A stretch of DNA of 64,000 bases from a virus: the IMG/VR virus record IMGVR_UViG_3300017971_000203, one strand, 5' to 3'. Shown here piece after piece: positions 27,002-37,300 of the stretch. Under the pieces are notes generated by a model. The model ran no database searches, was not told where the DNA came from, and saw only the letters and a list, made by a program, of their open reading frames with translations. The position numbers and the translations under genes are program-made. How positions within the stretch are numbered: position 1 is the stretch's first letter; the number at the start of each line of letters is the position of its first letter.

Positions 27002-29863
27002 TCAGTGGATAGAGGCCCACGTCGGCCCCGCTTTCGCGTCCACCTCTACGGGAACATCCGGCAGGAAGGGAACGATCCCCTCGATCATGCCCTCTTGCAG
27101 TTCGTGCTTCACCTCGGCCACCAAATCAGGATCGTCCTCGACCTCGGTGATGATCTCGTCATGGACCATGTGCACCATCTGGACCCTGGACCCGAAGCGC
27201 TTGAGGCGGTGCCAGACGTACCAGAGCGCGTTCTTCAGACCGTCCGCGCCAGTGCCCTGCACAGGAGTGTTGCCCGTGATGTAGACCTGGCCCTCTCGAC
27301 GTGCCACGAAGTAGGTGTTCTTGACGATCGGACACCACACGAAAAAGTCCTCCACCTCCCTGTCCTCCCGATGCCCCTGGAGCACCTGCGCATGCGTCCG
27401 CTTCAGCAGGTTGACCACGTAGTACGTGCCGCCCTTCGGAACATTCTGAAGCTTCTCCGACTTCGGCGTGTACTTCGACATATCCCGTTCAGCGCACGTC
27501 GTCGCTACACCGGCAAGCACACACAGAGCTTGGAAAGCGTCGGCTGCCTCCTTCGAACGGCAGCAGAAACGCTGACGGCCCCCCTTCTCTGTCCAGCCAT
27601 CCCCTCGAAGCATCGTCTCCATCAGGAGCACCGCCTGATCCCTGTTGAGGTAGCCCAAGAACTCCGCCGACAGCAAACGCCCCGGGAACAAGCGGTGCAA
27701 CCGCTCCGCCAAGTCCCGCTTGAGTTCCCACGTGACCCGGTCCGAATGCTGCGGGTAATGATACCTACCCGTAAGACATTCCACATCGATACGCTCGAAG
27801 AGCGCGTCGATGCGTTCCACATTACCCGCATTGGCTCGGGCACTCTGATAGATCCTCGCAATCTTCCGCCCCCGCTGCTCACACAGCGTACCGTCCGTCA
27901 GCAACCAGCCAACAAGCTCCACCGAAGTGTCCGAAACGCAGGACTCACTAACCGAGTACGTCCCGGTTCTGTGGATTCGATAGTCCCCCCACTGCGACAG
28001 TTGGTCGCTCATGCGGCACACGTCCTGTCCCGAATGTTTGTCCTTCACGAGCCACCGATGTTGCGGAGTCGTCACCGCGTTGAACGACCGAGACCGGAAA
28101 GACACGATCCGACCTTTGTAGTCCGAGAAAGTCTTCAGGTCATCCATGTCCTGCCACTCCAACTCACCCGTATCCGCGTTCTTCGTGAGCAGAGTGTCGT
28201 CTCTTCGAAGATCCGGACCCTTCACCCACCCTCTCCTCGTGAGGGCTTCCGTCTCCGCATCCACACAGTTGTAGTAGTTGTTGTAGTCGGTATGGCTCTC
28301 CAGGTACCGCTTCCGACCCGAGAGCGTCCGGGAGAACCCGCGCGGGCGGTGCACGCGCATGACGAACTGCTGCCAATCCCTCACGCCCTCGTACCCATCG
28401 AAGTAGCGCCGGTGGAACTGGACCGCTTCCTTCTCGGTCATCCGAACGCCGTAGTTCGCCCAGGCGTAAGAGACCAGGCGCTTCGGCATCAGACCATAAA
28501 TCAGCCCAAAATTGATGGGCTTCGCCATCTGCCTCTGTTCGCCCGTCACCCCCAGGAGCGGAACCCCCATGACGATGCTGGCGGTCATCTTGTGCGGGTC
28601 GTGCCCCTCCCGAAAGAGCTGCAACAGCACGGGGTCCTGGGAGAGCTGCGCCATGATGCGGAGCTCGATCTGGCTGTAGTCGGCCCCAACTAGGACAAAC
28701 CCGGGTCGAGCCCGGAAACAATTGCGATAGTCCGCCGTCCGAGGGATCTGCTGCAGGTTCGGATCGCTGTTCGAGTACCTGCCCGCGCCCGTGAAGGGGA
28801 AGAAACTCGAGTGGACTCGCCCTGTGAGTGGGTGCTGGAAGCGCTGGTACTTAGGCCCGAAAGACGACCACCTCTGCTTCGCTTCCCGGAAGTCCACGAT
28901 CTTCTCGATGATGGGATACTTCAGGGACTGCTGCTTCAGGGTGATCGCGTTCGTGTCCGGGACTCGGATCCCATACCGAGCCAGAGCGCTCTGCATCTGC
29001 TGGGCAGAGTTCAGGTTCCAGGGAGCCCCGATATCCGCGAAGAGCCCGAGCTGTCCCCCAGGGTGCGGGAGCTCCCGCATAAGCTCACCCCGGAAGCGAT
29101 CCCGTTTGTCTCTGTAACCCCTCGCGACCCGGTTCCACTCGTCCCAGTCCACCCAGAACCCGTTCCGTTCAATGACGGCCTCCGGGAGTACCGCCTGGAA
29201 CTCGATGAGCGCGACCTTGTTGAGCTTCTGCTCCCGCAGCTGCTCCCGCAGTGTCTCCCGGAGGTCAGGGAGATGCGTCACGTCCTCCGTGGCATAGTCC
29301 AGCTGCTTCTCGGAGAGCTCGTTCTGCGACCAATCCGACTTCCCCATCGCCTCGACGCGGGTCTCGAAGCCTAGATCACGCTCGTAGAGCTTCTCTAGCT
29401 TGTGCCCCTTCCGGCTGTCCCCGCGACCATTGTGGACGAGACACGAAGCCCGGTACGTGTCGAAGACCGGCCACCACGCCATGTCGTAGTGGTGCAGCGC
29501 CATCTTCTGGTCGAACTGCAGGTTGTGCCCGATGATGATCGGACGCCCCTTCCCGACCTCCGCCTCTGGGTTGTGAAGCGCATCTCGAATCGGCCCGGGC
29601 CCACCCGTCTTGAAGAGGTCCACCACGAAGACCTCTTTGCACCCATCCGGGTTGAGCGATAACAGACGAGGACGACCAAGGTGCGGATCGAGTGCCGTTC
29701 TCCGGATCTGCTTCGCCGTCAGCCCCGACAGGCTGCAGGGCGGATTCTCCGTGTCCACCCGGGCGACCTCGAAGTCCAGCCCAATGGTCCGAGAACCCCG
29801 GCACGCAGCTGCCACCGTTTCGAGATCCCCAGCGTGCTCGATATAGACCGACTCATACTGCAT
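27002..29863 (-). CDS. polA: DNA polymerase family A (3'-5' exonuclease + polymerase) with intein
   Basis: GLDFE, GHNLQFD, ADYSQIELR, RQMAKPINFGLIYG and VHDEI motifs. Confidence 0.95.
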   Translation of the reverse strand: MQYESVYIEHAGDLETVAAACRGSRTIGLDFEVARVDTENPPCSLSGLTAKQIRRTALDPHLGRPRLLSLNPDGCKEVFVVDLFKTGGPGPIRDALHNPEAEVGKGRPIIIGHNLQFDQKMALHHYDMAWWPVFDTYRASCLVHNGRGDSRKGHKLEKLYERDLGFETRVEAMGKSDWSQNELSEKQLDYATEDVTHLPDLRETLREQLREQKLNKVALIEFQAVLPEAVIERNGFWVDWDEWNRVARGYRDKRDRFRGELMRELPHPGGQLGLFADIGAPWNLNSAQQMQSALARYGIRVPDTNAITLKQQSLKYPIIEKIVDFREAKQRWSSFGPKYQRFQHPLTGRVHSSFFPFTGAGRYSNSDPNLQQIPRTADYRNCFRARPGFVLVGADYSQIELRIMAQLSQDPVLLQLFREGHDPHKMTASIVMGVPLLGVTGEQRQMAKPINFGLIYGLMPKRLVSYAWANYGVRMTEKEAVQFHRRYFDGYEGVRDWQQFVMRVHRPRGFSRTLSGRKRYLESHTDYNNYYNCVDAETEALTRRGWVKGPDLRRDDTLLTKNADTGELEWQDMDDLKTFSDYKGRIVSFRSRSFNAVTTPQHRWLVKDKHSGQDVCRMSDQLSQWGDYRIHRTGTYSVSESCVSDTSVELVGWLLTDGTLCEQRGRKIARIYQSARANAGNVERIDALFERIDVECLTGRYHYPQHSDRVTWELKRDLAERLHRLFPGRLLSAEFLGYLNRDQAVLLMETMLRGDGWTEKGGRQRFCCRSKEAADAFQALCVLAGVATTCAERDMSKYTPKSEKLQNVPKGGTYYVVNLLKRTHAQVLQGHREDREVEDFFVWCPIVKNTYFVARREGQVYITGNTPVQGTGADGLKNALWYVWHRLKRFGSRVQMVHMVHDEIITEVEDDPDLVAEVKHELQEGMIEGIVPFLPDVPVEVDAKAGPTWASIH
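27269..28267 (-). mobile_element. LAGLIDADG intein in PolA (333 aa)
   Basis: N|CVDAET...YITGN|TPVQG; penultimate residue is Gly. Confidence 0.9.
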
Positions 29864-29906
29864 CCCGCCTCCTTCACCGAGATGCTATAGAGTCAAACCG
29901 CAATGG

Positions 29907-30116
29907 TCAAGACCGAGGTCCGAACACGTACACCTTGTCGGAGTGCGCCTTCCGTTTCTTGGCCGCGATGGCGTTGGCTTCTTTCTCGGTGTCCACGTGC
30001 GCGATGAGGTAGAGCTCTTCCCCCGGCTTCTCGAACGAGTCGACACCGACCACGTTGTAACCGCTCTCCGGGACGAACTGCTTCTTCTGCGCCAGGCGCT
30101 TCGACATGCTGCTCAT
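29907..30116 (-). CDS. Small hypothetical protein coupled to the SAS gene
   Basis: ATGA overlap with the SAS stop. Confidence 0.6.
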   Translation of the reverse strand: MSSMSKRLAQKKQFVPESGYNVVGVDSFEKPGEELYLIAHVDTEKEANAIAAKKRKAHSDKVYVFGPRS

Positions 30117-30970
30117 TTCCGTCTCCTTAGTCGGACCTTCTCGGGGTTGATGCAGCCGAAAAAGTTCCGAGCCACATCAGGACAAGGCGGCGGCTCCACG
30201 GGGTCTTCCCCCTTGTCCGCCTTGAAGATGAAGTCGCTCATGTCGGCAGAGTACTTGTCCAGCTCTCCCGACCCGTGCTCGAGCGCAACCTCCTGCTCGG
30301 GAGTCTGCGGCTTGTAGACATCGTGCGACCACTCTGCAAAGTCGTGCTGCCCCGGCGTCCGGATCTGGAGCTCCTTGGTCATCCCGTCTTCGTCGACCAC
30401 GGTGAAGTGGTAACTCCGATAGTCACCGCGCGGGTTGTTGACGTAGTCGTCGTCGAAGACCACCTCATAGTTCTCCTGGACCTTCTTCGCCGTCTCGAAG
30501 ACCTGCTCGAGGTCGTCCACCTCGATCCGGATGCCCGTGGCATCTGTGATCATGCCCGGACGGGGATACTTCCAGTCTTCCCACTTGCCCGGGTTGCGCA
30601 CGATCTTCCCCAGGATGCTCTCCATGGTTTTCACACGCCCCGTGATCCGGGCTCCTTCCGGCGCCATCGCGCTGAGACGCTTCTTCGCCTGGTCGAAGCC
30701 CGCTGCGTGCTTCTGCCGGAGCTCTTGCGCCTCGGCAACATGATCGGCCAAAGACATCCCGGGCTCGAGAATCCCGGAATCGACGATCTTCCCGAGCTCC
30801 TTGATGACAGAAGAATGGGCCTCCCCGCCCCCGGTCCTGCGCTCCTTCACACGAACCCACGTCCCGTCCGGTAGTTTCATGTGCGGGCCGCGCTTACGTT
30901 GTCGGACCGTCCACGGAGGGTAGGTGAGCTCTTGCAGGATCTTCCGGCCTTCCTCGATCAAGCGCTTCAT
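30113..30970 (-). CDS. RelA/SpoT-family small alarmone synthetase (SAS)
   Basis: GRVKT.ES..K, DATGIRI, DDY..NP..YRSYH and ELQIRT...HDFAEWSH..YK; N-terminal LIEEGRKILQE tag. Confidence 0.88.
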   Translation of the reverse strand: MKRLIEEGRKILQELTYPPWTVRQRKRGPHMKLPDGTWVRVKERRTGGGEAHSSVIKELGKIVDSGILEPGMSLADHVAEAQELRQKHAAGFDQAKKRLSAMAPEGARITGRVKTMESILGKIVRNPGKWEDWKYPRPGMITDATGIRIEVDDLEQVFETAKKVQENYEVVFDDDYVNNPRGDYRSYHFTVVDEDGMTKELQIRTPGQHDFAEWSHDVYKPQTPEQEVALEHGSGELDKYSADMSDFIFKADKGEDPVEPPPCPDVARNFFGCINPEKVRLRRRK

Positions 30971-31353
30971 ACTCCGCCCCTTGCGTATGGAGCGAACTCC
31001 TCGAAGAAGTGGTTCTCGAGGTCCACACCTCTAGGCAGCTCCATCGAGAGGGCGTTGTACCCAATCATCACACCCTCGAACACTCGGAACGTCTCCGGCG
31101 TCAAGCGCCGGAACTCCCACCTGGTCCCGCTCCGCTTCTCTTCGACTACCAGTAGCCCCTCACCAGCGTCCTCCACGGACCCTACCACCCGGAACCCGGA
31201 ATCCTCGAAGCTGTTGGTGACAAACTCCCACGCCTCCCCTTCTTCTTCAGAGTACTGCCGAACGGGGCCAATGGCCAAGAAGGGCAAGTTCAGGCCCCCC
31301 TCCCTACGGACAGGCGTCACAACATACACACGGTTCTTATTGAGCTTTGCCAT
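30967..31353 (-). CDS. Hypothetical protein
   Basis: Coupled between the giant protein and the SAS. Confidence 0.65.
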   Translation of the reverse strand: MAKLNKNRVYVVTPVRREGGLNLPFLAIGPVRQYSEEEGEAWEFVTNSFEDSGFRVVGSVEDAGEGLLVVEEKRSGTRWEFRRLTPETFRVFEGVMIGYNALSMELPRGVDLENHFFEEFAPYARGGV

Positions 31354-34300
31354 CAGTAGTACCCCATCGGCTTGACATACTTCGAATAGACGTCCCCGAC
31401 TTTTCTCTCAGAAACAACGAAGTCTTCGATAGGCACACCGTTGACATCCTCGATCCCGGCGTCCCGGAGCCTCTGGATGACATCCTTCCGAATCTGCCCC
31501 GAGGGGTCTGCGCTCGGGAGAATGTTGATCCGTGCAATGTAGTTCGGACCAATCGCCTGGTTCGCGATAATCTCTGCCCGATTCCCCTTATGCCTACCGC
31601 TGATCTTCTTCAAGGCTTTCGGAAGAGCGGCCCGGTCCGTCCAGGAGCCCGCTACCGTGCTGCCGAACGTATCCTCCCCAACCTGGACAAGGTCCAAACG
31701 ATCCAGGATGTCCGGGGCCAGAATGATGTTGATGGGGTGTCCACCGCTCGTCCCCACTCCTCCGTAATCCAGACAGTCCTTCCAGCTGTCCTGCGTGCTG
31801 AACGACGTTCGAAACGTGATCTTATCCGCCCCTCCTGTTCTCATATCGTTCGTGTAGCCGGAGATCACCGACTCGCCCTTGGCACCGAGCCCGCCAAAAA
31901 TCCGACCGTTCGGACCCTTCTGCCCCGTCTGCAGAATGTTCACGAGGTGCTTCGGGTTCGAAAGGGCCCACGAACAGTAGCGCACAAGCGGCTCCCCGTC
32001 ATCGTCCCGAATCTTACTCCAACGCCCTCGCTGCACCGGACCCGTGAGCCCGGGGGCTATCTCAGCCTGCTCCGTAGCATCGATCTCTTCTTTCTTCACC
32101 CCCACAGCAGAGAGACGCTTCCGAAGTAGCTTGATCGCCTCGGCTGTGTCCGAAGAAGTGGGATTCGACTTCCGAAGTAGAGTGCCCAGCTCCGCAATGT
32201 CTCCCGCATGCTTCTTCCGAGCCGCGGACAAACCATCGAAGGTATTGGAGTACAGACTCAAGGCCACGTTCTCCTTCGTCAACGTCCCCGTCGAGGCCGT
32301 CAGAAGGTCCGCTTCTTGGGGCGACTTCGCCCACAAGAGCGCCTGCATACGCAGCTTGTCCTTGTCACTGTCCGAGGGGTTCCTGAGCACCTTCGAAGCA
32401 TCCGACCCGAAAACCTTCTTCGTCATCTCCTCGAAAGCGGCCTTGAAAGACTGCCCCGACTTGGGACGGACCTTCATCACCATGATGTCCTTCACGGCTC
32501 GTGCATTAGGCTCCGTGCCCTTCCCCGGGACGTTCACTTCGCCAGTCATCATGAAAGCTTCCGAATCGCCGGTCTCCCACTTGTTCGAAGTCATGTGGGC
32601 AATCGGGACTCCAATCGGAGGCTCCTCCTGAAACACCCCCGTGCTCTCATCGAAAGGCGCCCACGGGGCGGTGTAGGTGGTTCCGAAATCGTCTGGCTGC
32701 TCCAACGCCTTCTTGTCCCGCACACGGAATTGCACGGTGTAGTAATCCTTGCCTGCCTGGTCCCGGTTCTTGCGCACACGAAAAGTGTGGCTCTTGATGA
32801 GATCCGCATCGCCTGTGATGGCGAAACCGCCCCAGCCGACCCCCGCCCAATCCGTGGTGTCGTTGATTAGTTTGTCCAGCTGCTCCATGTTCCCGGGGGC
32901 CGCCGGAGGGGGAGGGCTCGTAGACAGGTAGGTTGCCTGACCAGGGTGCGGGTGAATGGGGACCGCGTCCTCGGGCTGCGTCGTAACAGTCTCGGTCGTG
33001 GTCACAGAAGCCGCCTCCCAGTCCGACTTCTTCACCGGGGTGAGGGTGTAGTAGCTCCCCTTGATCGTAGGCCCCACAGGAGAAATCCCCAGCTCGGCCA
33101 AGCAACCATTGATCTGGGACTTCGCATGTGCCGGGTCGCTTCCGTTCGTATGGCGCACCATGATGAGAGTGTCGTCGTTCTTGTGCTCCGCTGTGTTGCA
33201 ACCGTACTTGTCCCAAGCAACCTCCTCGGCCGACTTCGTAGTCGTAAAGGTCTCCGTGGTAGGACCGGCCGCTGCGGTACTCGGCTTCCACCCATCCTTG
33301 AACGTGAACGTCCCCTTGGAATCGTTGTGCTTCGTCCGGGCCAACCCCGTCAAAAACACCTCGAAATCCCTTCGGACCGAAGTCTTCCGACCGAGCATCT
33401 TCTGGATGAAAGCCTCCTGTTTAGCCTTGTCTCCAGGGAAACGCTGCTCCGCATAGGGACGAACGGACTCCCGGAACTCGTCGGGCTTGATCGCTTCGAC
33501 CTTCTCGATGGCCCCAGCCATCTCCTTCGGGTCGAACTCGAACTTACCCTTCGACCAGTCCCCCCAGAACTTGTTGTAGAAAGGCGTCTCGTAATTCCCC
33601 GAGGGCTTCCAGTTCGCGTCCAGGCGCTCCTCACCCGAGATCATGTAACGCCAGCCCTGCTCCTTGTCGATGCCGATGACCTTCCCGCTCTCGAGGACCA
33701 TGAAGTTCTCAGCATGAGAATCGTGCTGAGACATGCACCAGTCGAGGACATGCTCCGACGCCACATCGGCCTTCTGTGAATCCGTGAGCGACGCCGGCGA
33801 ATGCTGCATGGGGAGCAAGCTCCCCTGTACACCCGGCAACCAGGGCTGAAGGGTCCCGTACTCAGTCGCCCCTCCCTTCTTGCGCTTCACCATCCCCACA
33901 TTCGGATGGTCTGGCTTCACCTGCTTCGCAATCTTCGCAAAAGCGTCCTGAGCAGCCGCCGCGTAGGGCTTGTCCTTACCCCCGTATCCCTTCGTCTTGG
34001 CCAGCTTGAACATCCAGATCTGGCCGTTCTGGTCCTCGTAGAACTCCTTGATCCCAGCTCCTGCAGTGCCCCCAGGGGGCGTCTCCGTGGGCGTGAGGTC
34101 CTTGAGATCCGGCACGGGAAGCTCGTGCGCAGGCGTCCCCGGAGACACCGAGGGCTTCTTCTTCTTGAACTTGAACGCAACCTCCCCACGGGCTTCGCGA
34201 AGGCGCGTGAAGAAGTCCTCGAACTCCTGCCGAATGCCGTTCTTGCGCTTCAGAACTGCCTGGCGCTTCGCTTCGAGCTGCGACGCCGTCCACCCCTGCT

Positions 34301-37300
34301 CGGCCGCGTGCGCACTCAAGTAGGGATCCACCGCCTCCATCCACTTCGAATCGGGGATGTTCTCAATGCGGGAAACGTAGGGCTCCACCGAATTGAAATC
34401 CAGCTCGACCTTCTGCCCCACATACGCCTTGAACAGCTGGTCGTAGATAGACGGCGTCGGATTCGGTTTCGCCTGATGCCCCAGAGCCAAGATACTCTGA
34501 TCCAGGTGCAGGAACGCCTGCTCCTTGTCGATCCCGATGACCCGATTGCCGGCGTCCAGCAAGAAGTTCCTGCCCTTCGTATCCTGGTTCGCGAATGCCC
34601 AGTCCATGACCCGCTCACGGAGCAGATCCCGCAGCTGGTCGTCGCTCATGTTCTTGATGGTCGACACCGGGACCTGCTTCCCACCCTCGCCCGTGCCCGC
34701 GGGCGCGACCGACCCGAGGTTCGGAATCAGAGCCTGGACAGCGCCGGTCTTCCCGCCGATCGTACAGGCCTTCGACGACACGAAGTGCTCCGACTCGACC
34801 ACAAGCGACGACAGATCCGACGCAGCCTGTGCTGCCAAGCCCTTCACCTTGCCCGGCTTGAAGAGAAACTTGTTTGGCTGGCCCGGGGCCGACACAAAGA
34901 ACTTCGGCTTGTTCCCTCCGAGCTGAGCCTGCGCATTCGCGCCGAGCGTCATCGCCTCGATCGGAGGAATGTCCGGGACCTCGAACCCGACCGGCGGCAC
35001 GCTTGAACCGGACTGAGCCGGCACGGGGTTCATCCAGTGCCCCTCGACCTTCGCAGCCTTCTTGAGCTTCTTCTTGACCGCTTGGACCTCTCCGGCCGCC
35101 GCCGCAGCCATCATGCCATTCAACGCACCGATAGTCTTCAGACCATACTTGTGCTTGAGCTGCTGCTTCTGCGCCTTGAGCCAGTTGGGACTGACCTGGA
35201 GCTCCGCTATGGATGCTGCGGCCATGAGCTCGTTCGTGAGCATCGCAGCCGCGACATGCTCCTTCCAGTCCTCGCCGAAGAGCTGCTGGTAGCTGCTCGC
35301 CGGCATACCACCGGAGATCGTCCCCGTGGAAGGATCCAAGTAAGAACCGGCGAGCACGACAGCCGCCTGGTCCTTCTGGCCCATCGAGAGCACACCAGCC
35401 TTCTTCGCAGCTTCCATCAGCGTGGGCGTGGCGCCGAAAGAGGGCACCAAAGCACCGGACTTGGACTTCGAGACCTGCTCCGAGAGCACGTAGGCAAGGG
35501 TGTTCTTATGGGCAGGGAAGTCCTGGATCGCCGCCGTAGTGGCGTAGATCTTCCCGACGCTGTACTGCGTCATTCCGAAGCCGGCCCCGATGGCGCGATC
35601 CTTCGAAGCCCCCAGCAGGCCTTCGCCCTCGAAGTTGTCCTGGATGTGCTTGACCATCGCCGCAGTCGCCAGACCGTCGAAGAGATCCTTCCAGTCCATG
35701 CTCTGCGATGAAATCTCCCCCTTCGCCGTCGCGATCGCATGCGTAAACGGGTTCTCCGTCCCCGGATACCACAGACTGTCCGCCATCTGCGTCGCGAAGA
35801 ACTGCTTCTGCTTCTCCCTCTCATCCTTGATGAACTTCTTGAGATCGCTGAACGCGGTCTGCTTCTCGATCGCAACCTGCGACATCGCCATCGCAGAAAC
35901 AAGGCCTGCAACCTTGGAACGCACAGCAGGCGTCGGAGCCAGCCCGGCTGCAATGATCAGGTCGTTTGTGACAGCTTTCGTAGGATCGTCTTCGAAGTGC
36001 TCCACCAGCTTCTTCGACACCTCAGTCGCCAGGATAGCGGCCTGGGTGTCCAGATACTTCTCAGGCGTCTCCCCAGCATTCGCCAACGTCTCGGCTTTCC
36101 CGGGCTGCCACTTCATCGCGTGCATCACACCCGCAAGGTTCGGCGGACCCGCTCCAATAGGGAGCACCTTGTTTGCACTCACCGCTTCTTTGATCTTATC
36201 CAGCGGCGTCTCCGCGAAGTCCTTGGCCCCCTTCTCGTAGTAGCCCGCCATCATCTTGATGCGGCTCTCTTTTAGGTCTTCTGTCGAACCTGGCAGCGCC
36301 GCCCCATGCCTGTACACGAACCGCAGATACTTCGCCGAAACCTCGAGCTCGGGCTCGAGCTCTTCCGACGCCGCTTTCACTGTGGGACCCGTCCAGTCGA
36401 ACTCTGTCCCTCCGACCTTCTGGAACATCGCCATGGACGCCGTAAGACTGCCCGCCACGTTCTTCCAGTCGTCACCGAAGTGCTCCTTGAAAAACTCATC
36501 GAGCTCCTCATTCTCCAGAGCTCCCCCGACACCGCCCTCGAACTCGTTCAAGGTGTCGAGCATGACCGCGTACTTCTGCGGGAGCCCCGGGAAGTCGACC
36601 GTTTCATCCAGCTTCGAAAGCCCCTCGAGCGACTCAAAAGCCCCGCCGGTCTTGTCCTTGAACTTCCCCAGGAAATTCGCCTCGGCCCCGGGCTTGAGAT
36701 CATGAACCTCCACGATGTCCTCGAACAGGTCGATGACGTCGTCGTGGTCCAACCCGTACTTCTCCGCCATCTCGGGAGAGTCCATCTGGCTGTACGCATC
36801 GTAGGCAAAATGCAACGCCGCAGCCGTGCTCTTCCAGCCCTTGCCGAAGTGCTCGCTCAAGAGCTCGTCGTCTTCTTCGTCCATGTAACCGAAGCCGCCG
36901 GCCTCGTCCGCCAGGTCGAAGAGGATCTTGTGCTTCCCCGAGAAGCCGATCAGGTTCTTGCCGGGCCCGGGTTCCTCGTCCTCGTCATAGGGGTCCTCGT
37001 CCACGGGATCGGGCACCGGCTCCACCGGCTCAGGTTCGATCGCAGCCGAGGGCATCACAGCCACGGGAAGCTCGCCCTTCTTCTTCTCGACCTTCTTGTG
37101 CTGCGCCACGAGCCCATTGATCAGGGCCATCTGGGTGCCCTGGTAAGGCGGCTGTCCCAACCTCCACGCCGTAGCCGCCAGGGTCCGGGCCTCCTTCGCC
37201 GGATAGCCCGTGAGCTCCTTCAGCTTCGGCAGCGCGGCCTCGATCTCATCCTTCGGCGGCAGCGTACCGTTCGGTTTGGCCTCCATGGGGAGCATCTGGG

